Of a stretch of DNA of 64,000 nt, positions 1 through 12,333 are shown piece after piece. A program made the position numbers and the translations under genes. Below the pieces are notes generated by a model. It was not told the DNA's origin. It was given only the letters and a program-made list of their open reading frames with translations, and searched no databases. Within the stretch, counting starts at the first letter, position 1; each line of letters begins with the position of its first letter. Source of the DNA: Mobula hypostoma (lineage: Eukaryota); contig NC_086097.1 in the NCBI RefSeq assembly GCF_963921235.1, positions 101,248,001 through 101,312,000 on the forward strand, given 5' to 3'.

Positions 1-3000
1 GGGTGATGGGTGGGCGTGTGGGTAGGTGTGAGGGGTGGTGGTGATGGGTGGGCGTGTGGGTAGGTGTGAGGGGTGGGGGTGATGGGTGGGCGTGTGGGTA
101 GGTGTGAGGGGTGGGGGTGATGGGTGGGCGTGTGGGTAGGTGTGAGGGGTGGGGGTGATGGGTGGGTGTGTGGGTAGGTGTGAGGGGTGGGGGTGATGAG
201 TGGGCGTGTGGGTAGGTGTGAGGGGTGGGGGTGATGGGTGGGTGTGTGGGTAGGTGTGAGGGGTGGGGATGATGGGTGGGTGGGTATATGTGAGGGGTGG
301 GGGTGTGTGAGGGGTGGGGGTGATGAGTGGGCGTGTGGGTAGGTGTGAGGGGTGGGGGTGATGGGTGGGCGTGTGGGTAGGTGTGAGGGGTGGGGGTGAT
401 GGGTGGGCGTGTGGGTAGGTGTGAGGGGTGGGGGTGATGGGTGGGCGTGTGGGTAGGTGTGAGGTGTGGGGGTGATGGGTGGGCGTGTGGGTAGGTGTGA
501 GGGGTGGGTGTGATGAGTGGGCGTGTGGGTAGGTGTGAGGGGTGGGGGTGATGCGTGGGCGTGTGCGTAAGTGTGAGGGGTGGGGGTGATGGGTGGGCGT
601 GTGGGTAGGTGTGAGGGGTGGGGGTGATGGGTGGGCGTGTGGGTAGGTGTGAGGGGTGGGGTTGATGGGTGGGCGTGTGGGTAGGTGTGAGGGGTGGGGG
701 TGATGGGTGGGCGTGTAGGTAGGTGTGAGGGGTGGGGGTGATGGGTGTGCGTGTGGGTAGGTGTGAGGGGTGGGGGTGATGGGTGGGCGTGTGGGTTGGT
801 GTGAGGGGTGGGGGTGTGTGAGGGGTGGGGGTGATGGGTGGGTGTGAGGGGTGGGGGTGATGGGTGGGCGTGTGGGTAGGTGTGAGGGTTGGGGGTGATG
901 GGTGGGCGTGTGGGTAGGTGTGAGGGGTGGGGATGTGTGAGGGGTGGGGGTGATGGGTGGGTGTGAGGGGTGGGGGTGATGGGTGGGCGTGTGGGTAGGT
1001 GTGAGGGGTGGGGGTGATGGGTGGGTGTGTGGGTAGGTGTGAGGGGTGGGGGTGATGGGTGGGCGTGTGGGTGTGAGGGGTGGGGGTGATGGGTGGGCGT
1101 GTGGGTAGGTGTGAGGGGTGGGGGTGATGGGTGGGTGGGTATATGTGAGGGGTGGGGGTGTGTGAGGGGTGGGGGTGATGGTTGGGTGTGTGGGTAGGTG
1201 TGAGGGGTGGGGGTGATGAGAGGGTGTGTGGGTAGGTGTGAGGGGTGGGGGTGATGGGTGGGCGTGTGGGTAGGTGTGAGGGGTGGTGGTGATGGGTGGG
1301 CGTGTGGGTAGGTGTGAGGGGTGGGGGTGATGGGTGGGCGTGTGGGTAGGTGTGAGGGGTGGGGGTGATGGGTGGGCGTGTGGGTAGGTGTGAGGGGTGG
1401 GGGTGATGGGTGGGTGTGTGGGTAGGTGTGAGGGGTGGGGGTGATGAGTGGGCGTGTGGGTAGGTGTGAGGGGTGGGGGTGATGGGTGGGTGTGTGGGTA
1501 GGTGTGAGGGGTGGGGATGATGGGTGGGTGGGTATATGTGAGGGGTGGGTGTGTGTGAGGGGTGGGGGTGATGAGTGGGTGTGTGGGTAGGTGTGAGGGG
1601 TGGGGGTGATGGGTGGGCGTGTGGGTAGGTGTGATGGTTTGGGGTGATGGGTGGGTGTGTGGGTAGGTGTGAGGGGTGGGGGTGATGGGTGGGCGTGTGG
1701 GTAGGTGTGAGGGGTGGGGGTGATGGGTGGGTGTGTGGGTAGGTGTGAGGGGTGGGGGTGATGGGTGGGTGTGTGGGTAGGTGTGAGGGGTGGGGGTGAT
1801 GGGTGGGTGTGTGGGTAGGTGTGAGGGGTGGGGGTGATGGGTGGGTGTGTGGGTAGGTGTGAGGGGTGGGGGTGATGGGTGGGTGTGTGGGTAGGTGTGA
1901 GGGGTGGGGGTGATGAGTGGGTGTGTGGGTAGGTGTGAGGGGTGGGGGTGATGGGTGGGTGGGTATATGTGAGGGGTGGGGGTGTGTGTGAGGGGTGGGG
2001 GTGATGGGTGGGTGTGTGGGTAGGTGTGAGGGGTGGGGGTGATGGGTGGCGTGTGGGTAGGTGTGAGGGGTGGGGGTGATGGGTGGGCGTGTGGGTAGGT
2101 GTGAGGGGTGGGGGTGATGGGTGGGCGTGTGGGTAGGTGTGAGGGGTGGGGGTGATGGGTGGGTGTGTGGGTAGGTGTGAGGGGTGGGGGTGATGGGTGG
2201 GCGTGTGGGTAGGTGTGAGGGGTGGGGGTGATGGGTGGGCATGTGGGTAGGTGTGAGGGGTGGGGGTGTGTGAGGGGTGGGGGTGATGGGTGGGTGTGAG
2301 GGGTGGGGGTGATGGGTGGGCGTGTGGGTAGGTGTAAGGGTTGGGGGTGATGGGTGGGCGTGTGGGTAGGTGTGAGGGGTGGGGATGTGTGAGGGGTGGG
2401 GGTGATGGGTGGGTGTGAGGGGTGGGGGTGATGGGTGGGCGTGTGGGTAGGTGTGAGGGGTGGGGGTAATGGGTGGGCGTGTGGGTGTGAGGGGTGGGGG
2501 TGATGGGTGGGCGTGTGGGTAGGTGTGAGGGGTGGGGGTGATGGGTGGGTGGGTATATGTGAGGGGTGGGGGTGTGTGAGGGGTGGGGGTGATGGGGTGG
2601 GGGGGTGGGTGTGTGGGTAGGTGTGAGGGGTGGGGGTGATGAGAGGGTGGGAGGGGTGGGGTGATGGGTGGCGTGTGGGTAGGTGTGAGGGGTGGGGGTG
2701 ATGGGTGGGCGTGTGGGTAGGTGTGAGGGGTGGGGGTGATGGGTGGGCGTGTGGGTAGGTGTGAGGGGTGGGGGTGATGGGTGGGCGTGTGGGTAGGTGT
2801 GAGGGGTGGGGGTGATGGGTGGGTGTGTGGGTAGGTGTGAGGGGTGGGGGTGATGGTGGGCGTGTGGGTAGGTGTGAGGGGTGGGGGTGATGGGTGGGTG
2901 TGTGGGTAGGTGTGAGGGGTGGGGATGATGGGTGGGTGGGTAGTGAGGGGTGGGGGTGTGTGAGGGGTGGGGGTGATGGTGGGGTGTGGGTAGGTGTGAG

Positions 3001-6000
3001 GGGTGGGGTGATGGGTGGCGTGTGGGTAGGTGTGAGGGGTGGGGGTGATGGGTGGGCGTGTGGGTAGGTGTGAGGGGTGGGGGTGATGGGTGGGCGTGTG
3101 GGTAGGTGTGAGGGGTGGGGGTGATGGGTGGGCGTGTGGGTAGGTGTGAGGGGTGGGGTGATGGTGGGCGTGTGGGTAGGTGTGAGGGGTGGGGGTGAGG
3201 TGTGAGGGGGGTGGGGGTGTGTGAGGGGTGGGGGTGATGGGTGGGTGTGTGGGTAGGTGTGAGGGGTGGGGGTGATGAGTGTGTGTGGGTAGGTGTGAGG
3301 GGTGGGGGTGATGGGTGGGTGTGTGGGTAGGTGTGAGGGGTGGGGGTGATGGGTGGGTGGGTATATGTGAGGGGTGGCGGTGTGTGAGGGGTGGGGGTGA
3401 TGGGTGGGTGTGTGGGTAGGTGTGAGGGGTGGGGGTGATGGGTGGATGTGTGGGTAGGTGTGAGGGGTGGGGGTGATGGGTGGGTGGGTATATGTGAGGG
3501 GTGGGGGTGTGTGAGGGTGGGGGTGATGGGTGGGTGTGTGGGTAGGTGTGAGGGGTGGGGGTGATGAGTGGGTGTGTGGGTAGGTGTGAGGGGTGGGGGT
3601 GATGGGTGGCGTGTGGGTAGGTGTGAGGGGTGGGGGTGATGGGTGGGCGTGTGGGTAGGTGTGAGGGGTGGGGGTGATGGGTGGGCGTGTGGGTCGGTGT
3701 GAGGGGTGGGGGTGATGGGTGGGCGTGCGGGTAGGTGTGAGGGGTGGGGGTGATGGGTGGGCGTGTGGGTAGGTGTGAGGGGTGGGTGTGATGGGTGGGC
3801 GTGTGGGTAGGTGTGAGGGGTGGGGGTGATGCGTGGGCGTGTGCGTAAGTGTGAGGGGTGGGGGTGATGGGTGGGTGTGTGGGTAGGTGTGAGGGGTGGG
3901 GGTGATGGGTGGGCGTGTGGGTAGGTGTGAGGGGTGGGGGTGATGGGTGGGCGTGTGGGTAGGTGTGAGGGGTGGGGGTGATGGGTGGGCGTGTGGGTAG
4001 GTGTGAGGGGTGGGGGTGATGGGTGGGCGTGTGGGTAGGTGTGAGGGGTGGGGGTGTGTGAGGGGTGGGGGTGATGGGTGACTGTGAGGGGTGGGGGTGA
4101 TGGGTGGGCGTGTGGGTAGGTGTGAGGGTTGGGGGTGATGGGTGGGCGTGTGGGTAGGTGTGAGGGGTGGGGATGTGTGAGTGGTGTGGATGATGGGTGG
4201 GTGTGAGGGGTGGGGGTGATGGGTGGGCGTGTGGGTAGGTGTGAGGGGTGGGGGTGATGGGTGGGTGTGTGGGTAGGTGTGAGGGGTGGGGGTGATGGGT
4301 GGTCGTGTGGGTGTGAGGGGTGGGGGTGATGGGTGGGCGTGTGGGTAGGTGTGAGGGGTGGGGGTGATGGGTGGGTGGGTATATGTGAAGGGTGGGGGTG
4401 TGTGAGGGGTGGGGGTGATGGGTGGGTGTGTGGGTAGGTGTGAGGGGTGGGGGTGATGAGAGGGTGTGTGGGTAGGTGTGAGGGGTGGGGGTGATGGGTG
4501 GGCGTGTGGGTAGGTGTGAGGGTTGGTGGTGATGGGTGGGCGTGTGGGTAGGTGTGAGGGGTGGGGGTGATGGGTGGGCGTGTGGGTAGGTGTGAGGGGT
4601 GGGGGTGATGAGTGGGCGTGTGGGTAGGTGTGAGGGGTGGGGGTGATGGGTGGGTGTGTGGGTAGGTGTGAGGGTGGGGGTGATGAGTGGGCGTGTGGGT
4701 AGGTGTGAGGGGTGGGGATGATGGGTGGGTGGGTATATGTGAGGGGTGGGTGGTGTGAGGGGTGGGGGTGATGAGTGGGTGTGTGGGTAGGTGTGAGGGG
4801 TGGGGGTGATGGGTGGGCGTGTGGGTAGGTGTGAGGGTGGGGGTGATGGGTGGGTGTGTGGGTAGGTGTGAGGGGTGGGGGTGATGGGTGGGCGTGTGGG
4901 TAGGTGTGAGGGTGGGTGTGAGGGTGTGGTGGGTGATGGGGGTGATGGGTGGGTGTGTGGGTAGGTGTGAGGGGTGGGGGTGATGGGTGGGTGTGTGGGT
5001 AGGTGTGAGGGGTGGGGGTGATGGGTGGGGTGTGGGTAGGTGTGAGGGGTGGGGGTGATGGGTGGGCTGTGGGTAGGTGTGAGGGGTGGGGGTGATGGGT
5101 GGGCGTGTGGGTAGGTGTGAGGGGTGGGGGTGATGGGTGGGCGTGTGGGTAGGTGTGAGGGGTGGGGGTGATGGGTGGGCGTGTGGGTAGGTGTGAGGGG
5201 TGGGTGTGGGTGGTGTGGGTAGGTGTGTGGGGGTGATGGTGTGGTGTGTGAGGGGTGGGGGTGATGGGTGGGTGTGTGGGTAGGTGTGAGGGGTGGGGGT
5301 GATGGGTGGGGTGTGGGTGGTAGGTGTGAGGGTGTGGGGGTGATGGGTGGGTGTGTGGGGTGTAGGTGTGAGGGGGTGGTGGGTGATGGGGGTGGGTGTG
5401 TGGGGTAGGTGTGAGGGGTGGGTGTGATGGGTGGGCGTGTGGGTAGGTGTGAGGGGTGGGGTGGGGTGTGGTAGGTGTGAGGGGTGGGGGTGATGGGTGG
5501 GCGTGTGGGTAGGTGTGAGGGGTGGGGGTGATGGGTGGGCGTGTGGGTAGGTGTGAGGGGTGGGGGTGATGGGTGGGCGTGTGGGTAGGTGTGAGGGGTG
5601 GGGGTGATGGGTGGGCGTGTGGGTAGGTGTGAGGGGTGGGGGTGATGGGTGGGCGTGTGGGTAGGTGTGAGGGGTGGGGGTGATGGGTGGGGTGTGGGTA
5701 GGTGTGAGGGGTGGGGGTGATGGGTGGGCGTGTGGGTAGGTGTGAGGGGTGGGGGTGTGGGTGGTGTGGGTAGGTGTGAGGGTGATGGGTGGGTGTGAGG
5801 TGTGAGGGGTGGGGGTGATGGGTGGGCGTGTGGGTAGGTGTGAGGGGTGGGGGTGATGGGTGGGTGTGTGGGTAGGTGTGAGGGGTGGGGGTGATGGGTG
5901 GGTGTGTGGGTAGGTGTGAGGGGTGGGGGTGATGGGTGGGTGTGTGGGTAGGTGTGAGGGGTGGGGGTGATGGGTGGGGGTATGGTGGGGTGGGTAGGTG

Positions 6001-9000
6001 TGAGGGGTGGGGGTGATGGGTGGGTGTGTGGGTAGGTGTGAGGGGTGGGGGTGATGGGTGGGTGTGTGGGTAGGTGTGAGGGGTGGGGGTGATGGGTGGG
6101 CGTGTGGGTAGGTGTGAGGGTGGGGTGATGGGTGGGTGTGAGGGTGGGGGTGATGGGTGGGCGTGTGGGTAGGTGTGAGGGGTGGGGGTGATGAGTGGGC
6201 GTGTGGGTAGGTGTGAGGGGTGGGGGTGATGGGTGGGTGTGTGGGTAGGTGTGAGGGGTGGGGGTGATGGGTGGGGTGTGGGTAGGTGTGAGGGGTGGGG
6301 TGATGGGTGGGTGGGTGTGAGGGGTGGGGGTGGGGGTGGGATGGGGTGTGTGGGTAGGTGTGAGGGGTGGGGGTGATGGGTGGGCGTGTGGGTAGGTGTG
6401 AGGGGTGGGGGTGATGGGTGGGTGTGTGGGTAGGTGTGAGGGGTGGGGGTGATGGCGTGTGGGTAGGTGTGAGGGGTGGGTGTGATGTGAGTGGGGTGTG
6501 GGTAGGTGTGAGGGGTGGGGGTGATGGGTGGGTGTGTGGGTAGGTGTGAGGGGTGGGGGTGATGGGTGGGTGTGTGGGTAGGTGTGAGGGGTGGGGGTGA
6601 TGGGTGGGCGTGTGGGTAGGTGTGAGGGGTGGGGGTGATGGGTGGGCGTGTGGGTAGGTGTGAGGGGTGGGGGTGATGGGTGGGCGTGTGGGTAGGTGTG
6701 AGGGGTGGGGGTGATGGGTGGGCGTGTGGGTAGGTGTGAGGGGTGGGGTGATGGGTGGGCGTGTAGGGGTGGGGGTGAGGTGGAGTGTGGGTAGGTGTGA
6801 GGGGGAGGGGTGATGGGTGGGTGATGGGTGTGGAGGGTGGGGTGATGGGTGGGTGTGTGGGTAGGTGTGAGGGGTGGGGGTGATGGGTGTGTGGGTAGGT
6901 GTGAGGGTGGGGGTGATGGGTGGGGTGTGGGTAGGTGTGAGGGTTGGGGGTGATGGGTGGGTGTGTGGGTAGGTGTGAGGGGTGGGGTTGATGGGTGGGT
7001 GGGTAGGTGTGAGGGGTGGGGGTGAGGGTGTGGGTGGAGTGTGGGTAGGTGTGAGGGGTGGGGGTGATGGGTGGGGTGTGGGTGGTGTGAGGGGTGGGGT
7101 GATGGTGGGGTGTGTGAGGGTGGGTGTGGGTAGGTGCGTGTGGGTAGGTGTGAGGGGTGGGGGTGATGGGTGGGCGTGTGGGTAGGTGTGAGGGGTGGGG
7201 GTGATGGGTGGGCGTGTGGGTAGGTGTGAGGGGTGGGGTGATGGGTGGGCGTGTGGGTAGGTGTGAGGGGTGGGGGTGATGGGTGGGCGTGTGGGTAGGT
7301 GTGAGGGGTGGGGCTGATGGGTGGGCGTGTGGGTAGGTGTGAGGGGTGGGGGTGTGTGAGGGGTTGGGGTGATGGGTGGGTGTGAGGGGTGGGGGTGATG
7401 GGTGGGTGTGTGGGTAGGTGTGAGGGGTGGGGCTGATGGGTGGGCGTGTAGGTAGGTGTGAGGGGTGGGGGTGTGTGAGGGGTGGGGGTGATGGGTGGGT
7501 GTGAGGGGTGGGGGTGATTGGTGGGCGTGTGTTTAGGTGTGAGGGGTGGGGGTGATGGGTGGGTGTGTGGGTAGGTGTGAGGGGTGGGGGTGATTGGTGG
7601 GCGTGTGTTTAGGTGTGAGGGGTGGGGGTGATGGGTGGGTGTGTGGGTAGGTGTGAGGGGTGGGGGTGATGGGTGGGCGTGTGGGTAGGGGTGGGGGTGA
7701 TGGGTGGGCGTGGGGGTGGGTGAGGGGTGGGGGTGATGGGTGGGTGGGTATATGTGAGGGGTGGGGGTGTGTGAGGGGTGGGGGTGATGGGTGGGTGTGT
7801 GGGTAGCTGTGAGGGGTGGGGGTGATGAGAGGGTGTGTGGGTAGGTGTGAGGGGTGGGGGTGATGGGTGGGCGTGTGGGTAGGTGTGAGGGGTGGTGGTG
7901 ATGGGTGGGCGTGTGGGTAGGTGTGAGGGGTGGGGGTGATGGGTGGGCGTGTGGGTAGGTGTGAGGGGTGGTGGTGATGGGTGGGCGTGTGGGTAGGTGT
8001 GAGGGGTGGGGGTGATGGGTGGGTGTGTGGGTAGGTGTGAGGGGTGGGGGTTATGAGTGGGCGTGTGGGTAGGTGTGAGGGGTGGGGGTGATGGGTGGGT
8101 GTGTGGGTAGGTGTGAGGGGTGGGGATGATGGGTGGGTGGGTATATGTGAGGGGTGGGGGTGTGTGAGGGGTGGGGGTGATGAGTGGGCGTGTGGGTAGG
8201 TGTGAGGGGTGGGGGTGATGGGTGGGCGTGTGGGTAGGTGTGAGGGGTGGGGGTGATGGGTGGGCTTGTGGATAGGTGTGAGGGGTGGGGGTGATGGGTG
8301 GGCGTGTGGGTAGGTGTGAGGGGTGGGGGTGATGGGTGGGCGTGTGGGTAGGTGTGAGGGGTGGGTGTGATGAGTGGGCGTGTGGGTAGGTGTGAGGGGT
8401 GGGGGTGATGCGTGGGCGTGTGTGTAAGTGTGAGGGGTGGGGGTGATGGGTGGGCGTGTGGGTAGGTGTGAGGGGTGGGGGTGATGGGTGGGCGTGTGGG
8501 TAGGTGTGAGGGGTGGGGTTGATGGGTGGGCGTGTGGGTAGGTGTGAGGGGTGGGGGTGATGGGTGGGCGTGTAGGTAGGTGTGAGGGGTGGGGGTGATG
8601 GGTGTGCGTGTGGGTAGGTGTGAGGGGTGGGGGTGATGGGTGGGCGTGTGGGTTGGTGTGAGGGGTGGGGGTGTGTGAGGGGTGGGGGTGATGGGTGGGT
8701 GTGAGGGGTGGGGGTGATGGGTGGGCGTGTGGGTAGGTGTGAGGGTGGGGGTGATGGGTGGGCGTGTGGGTAGGTGTGAGGGGTGGGGATGTGTGAGGGG
8801 TGGGGGTGATGGGTGGGTGTGAGGGGTGGGGGTGATGGGTGGGCGTGTGGGTAGGTGTGAGGGGTGGGGGTGATGGGTGGGTGTGTGGGTAGGTGTGAGG
8901 GGTGGGGGTGATGGGTGGGCGTGTGGGTGTGAGGGGTGGGGGTGATGGGTGGGCGTGTGGGTAGGTGTGAGGGGTGGGGGTGATGGGTGGGTGGGTATAT

Positions 9001-10775
9001 GTGAGGGGTGGGGGTGTGTGAGGGGTGGGGGTGATGGTTGGGTGTGTGGATAGGTGTGAGGGGTGGGGGTGATGAGAGGGTGTGTGGGTAGGTGTGAGGG
9101 GTGGGGGTGATGGGTGGGCGTGTGGGGTAGGTGTGAGGGGTGGTGGTGATGGGTGGGCGTGTGGGTAGGTGTGAGGGGTGGGGGTGATGGGTGGGCGTGT
9201 GGGTAGGTGTGAGGGGTGGGGGTGATGGGTGGGGGTGTGGGTAGGTGTGAGGGGTGGGGGTGATGGGTGGGTGTGTGGGTAGGTGTGAGGGGTGGGGGTG
9301 ATGAGTGGGCGTGTGGGTAGGTGTGAGGGGTGGGGGTGATGGGTGGGTGTGTGGGTAGGTGTGAGGGGTGGGGATGATGGGTGGGTGGGTATATGTGAGG
9401 GGTGGGTGTGTGTGAGGGGTGGGGGTGATGAGTGGGTGTGTGGGTAGGTGTGAGGGGTGGGGGTGATGGGTGGGCGTGTGGGTAGGTGTGATGGTTTGGG
9501 GTGATGGGTGGGTGTGTGGGTAGGTGTGAGGGGTGGGGGTGATGGGTGGGCGTGTGGGTAGGTGTGAGGGGTGGGGGTGATGGGTGGGTGTGTGGGTAGG
9601 TGTGAGGGGTGGGGGTGATGGGTGGGTGTGTGGGTAGGTGTGAGGGGTGGGGGTGATGGGTGGGTGTGTGGGTAGGTGTGAGGGGTGGGGGTGATGGGTG
9701 GGTGTGTGGGTAGGTGTGAGGGGTGGGGGTGATGAGTGGCTGTGTGGGTAGGTGTGAGGGGTGGGGGTGACGAGTGGGTGTGTGGGTAGGTGTGAGGGGT
9801 GGGGGTGATGGGTGGGTGGGTATATGTGAGGGGTGGGGTGTGTGAGGGGTGGGGGTGATGGGTGGGTGTGTGGGTAGGTGTGAGGGGTGGGGGTGATGGG
9901 TGGCGTGTGGGTAGGTGTGAGGGGTGGGGGTGATGGGTGGGCGTGTGGGTAGGTGTGAGGGGTGGGGGTGATGGGTGGGCGTGTGGGTAGGTGTGAGGGG
10001 TGGGGGTGATGGGTGGGTGTGTGGGTAGGTGTGAGGGGTGGGGGTGATGGGTGGGCGTGTGGGTAGGTGTGAGGGGTGGGGGTGATGGGTGGGCGTGTGG
10101 GTAGGTGTGAGGGGTGGGGGTGATGGGTGGGCGTGTGGGTAGGTGTGAGGGGTGGGGGTGATGAGTGGGTGTGTGGGTAGGTGTGAGGGGTGGGGGTGAT
10201 GGGTGGGTTGGTATATGTGAGGGGTGGGGGTGATGGGTGGGTTGGTATATGTGAGGGGTGGGGGTGTGTGAGGGGTGGGGGTGATGGGTGGGTGTGTGGG
10301 TAGGTGTGAGGGTTGGGGGTGATGGGTGGGTTGGTATATGTGAGGGGTGGGGGTGTGTGAGGGGTGGGGGTGATGGGTGGGTGTATGGGTAGGTGTGAGG
10401 GTTGGGGGTGATGAGTGGGTGTGTGGGTAGGTGTGAGGGGTGGGGGTGATGGGTGGGTTGGTATATGTGAGGGGTGGGGGTGATGGGTGGGTGTGTGGGT
10501 AGGTGTGAGGGTTGGGGGTGATGAGTGGGTGTGTGGGTAGGTGTGAGGGGTGGGGGTGATGGGTGGGTGGGTATATGTGAGGGGTGGGGTGTGTGAGGGC
10601 TGGGGGTGATGGGTGGGTGTGTGGGTAGGTGTGAGGGGTGGGGGTGATGAGTGGGCGTGTGGGTAGGTGTGAGGGGTGGGGGTGATGGGTGGGTGTGTGG
10701 GTAGGTGTGAGGGGTGGGTGTGATGGGTGGGTGGGTATATGTGAGGGGTGGGGGTGTGTGAGGGGTGGGGTGACG
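1..10775. repeat. G-rich 38-bp minisatellite (TAGGTGTGAGGGGTGGGGGTGATGGGTGGGCGTGTGGG)n, open at the left edge
   Basis: Period read directly (tagg at 61, 99 and onward). Five G3+ runs per unit on the plus strand. Confidence 0.97.
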
Positions 10776-10879
10776 GCTAGCGGTACAGGTCTGTGTGAGG
10801 GGTGGATGTGGGTCTGTGTGAGGGGTGGGGGTGTGAAGGGGGGGTGGGGGTCTGGGTTTGTGGTTCCACTCTCACTCAC

Positions 10880-11024
10880 TCCTCAGCTCGCCCACGTCCC
10901 CCTTCATCAGCTCGTTTTTCTCGATGGTGCGCTCGTTTGAGTCCAGGCCCTGCTCCAGCCGCTGCAACGCCTCCTCCGCCTCCTTCAGCCTCCGCTCCAG
11001 CTCCACCCGCGACTTCATTTCCTC
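10880..11024 (-). CDS. PLEKHD1: PLEKHD1(-like) exon: EEMKSRVELERRLKEAEEALQRLEQGLDSNERTIEKNELMKGDVGELR
   Basis: Acceptor gcgctag, donor gtgagt, 145 nt. Matches recalled PLEKHD1 [21 protein letters not shown]. Downstream exons must lie left of the window. Confidence 0.92.
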
Positions 11025-11159
11025 CTAGCGCAAGACACAAGGCTGCGGTTAAGTGGAAAAATAATCTGAGAAGTGGCCCGTCCCTCTGATCTGAGGGTTG
11101 TACGTCCCAGAGTTCGTTTGGAGTTGGGGCAGTCACAAAGTGCCTTTGGCCACTGAGCC

Positions 11160-11800
11160 ACCAAATTGAGTACAGGAACAAGCACACTGATGTCAAAGCC
11201 ACCTCCCTGAACTTCATCCCCTCGTCACCCGGGTCAGTGGTTTAATTTACATGTTGTTTAGCGGAAATAGACACATTACTCCGAGCTCTGTCACAGGAAG
11301 AGGTTATCAGGCAGTGGGAAGGGTTCACCGCGATGTCCAGACCCCCACAGCCCGACCCACCACCATTGACTCCTGGGAGCCAGCAGTGGAATTGAGGCAC
11401 TTGGGAGGGTACTGTGTCTGAGTCTGTGAATCGGAAGCTCCCAGAGAGGAGTGGCCCACCTGCCTGCCCCCTCAGCCATACCCGCCCCCTCAGCCGTACC
11501 TGCCTCCTCAGCCGTACCTGCCCCCTCAGCCGTACCTGCTCCCTCAGCCGTATCTGCTCCCTCAGCCGTACCTGCCCCCTCAGCCGTACCTGCCCCATCA
11601 GCCGTACCTGCCCCATCAGCCGTACCTGCCTCCTCAGCCGTACCTGCCCCATCAGCCGTACCTGCCTCCTCAGCCGTACCTGCCCCATCAGCCGTACCTG
11701 CCCCCTCAGCCGTACCTGCCCCATCAGCCGTACCTGCTCCCTCAGCTGTACCTGCCCTATCTGCGGAAGAGTCGCTGTTTCCCACACTGCCACAAAGCAA
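11160..11800 (+). mobile_element. Old RTE-type LINE 3' remnant hosting the 18-bp repeat
   Basis: Degenerate RTE-like ORF end (gagctctgtcac..gaagaggtta, gactcctgggag, terminal TCPICGRV). Recognised by resemblance only. Confidence 0.45.
11470..11760. repeat. 18-bp minisatellite (CTCAGCCGTACCTGCCCC), about 16 copies
   Basis: Directly visible. Produces the SRTCPL, AVPAPS and QVRLRG pseudo-ORFs. Confidence 0.95.
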
Positions 11801-12297
11801 ATTTCATGTTAGATAAGTCAGTCATACTAAACCTGGCCTCATTGACCACAATCGGGAATGGCAGATGTGTGAATGCTTTTCTCTGCAATGAGATGAAGCT
11901 GTTAGAACATAGAAATTTACAGCACATTACAGGCCCTTTGGCCCACACTGTTGTGCCAACCATGTAACCTACTCTAGAAGCTGCCTAGAATTCCCCTACT
12001 GCATAGCCCTCTATTTTTCTAAGCTCCATGTACCTATTAGATTAGATTAGATTCAACTTTATTGTCATTGAGCCAAGTACAGATACAAAGCCAATGAAAT
12101 GCATTTAGCATCTGACCGGAAATGCAAGAATAGTGTTATTTACAAAATAACTGCGAATAAAAGAAGTGCTACAGCACACAAATATAGAAGTACTGAGACA
12201 GTACAATATGGGTGCAAACAACAGGAATTCTGCAGCAACACACATCAAAGTTGCTGGTGAACGCAGCAGGCCAGGCAACATCTGTAGGAAGAGGTGC

Positions 12298-12333
12298 AGT
12301 CGACGTTTCAGGCCGAGACCCTTCGTCAGGACT
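12298..12333 (-). ncRNA. Minimal type I hammerhead ribozyme in the inverted PLE arm, sense to the PLEKHD1 transcript
   Basis: Exact reverse complement of 15077..15112. Confidence 0.8.

Noticed and set aside
8051..10879. 942-aa Pro/His/Thr-rich ORF
   Set aside because: Translation of the 38-bp repeat. It begins at the GTG of the splice donor, and the C-rich strand simply lacks stops.
11242..11816. Antifreeze- or mucin-like repeat ORFs (AGTAEG, SAVPAP)
   Set aside because: An 18-bp repeat open in four frames, with no splice context or domain.
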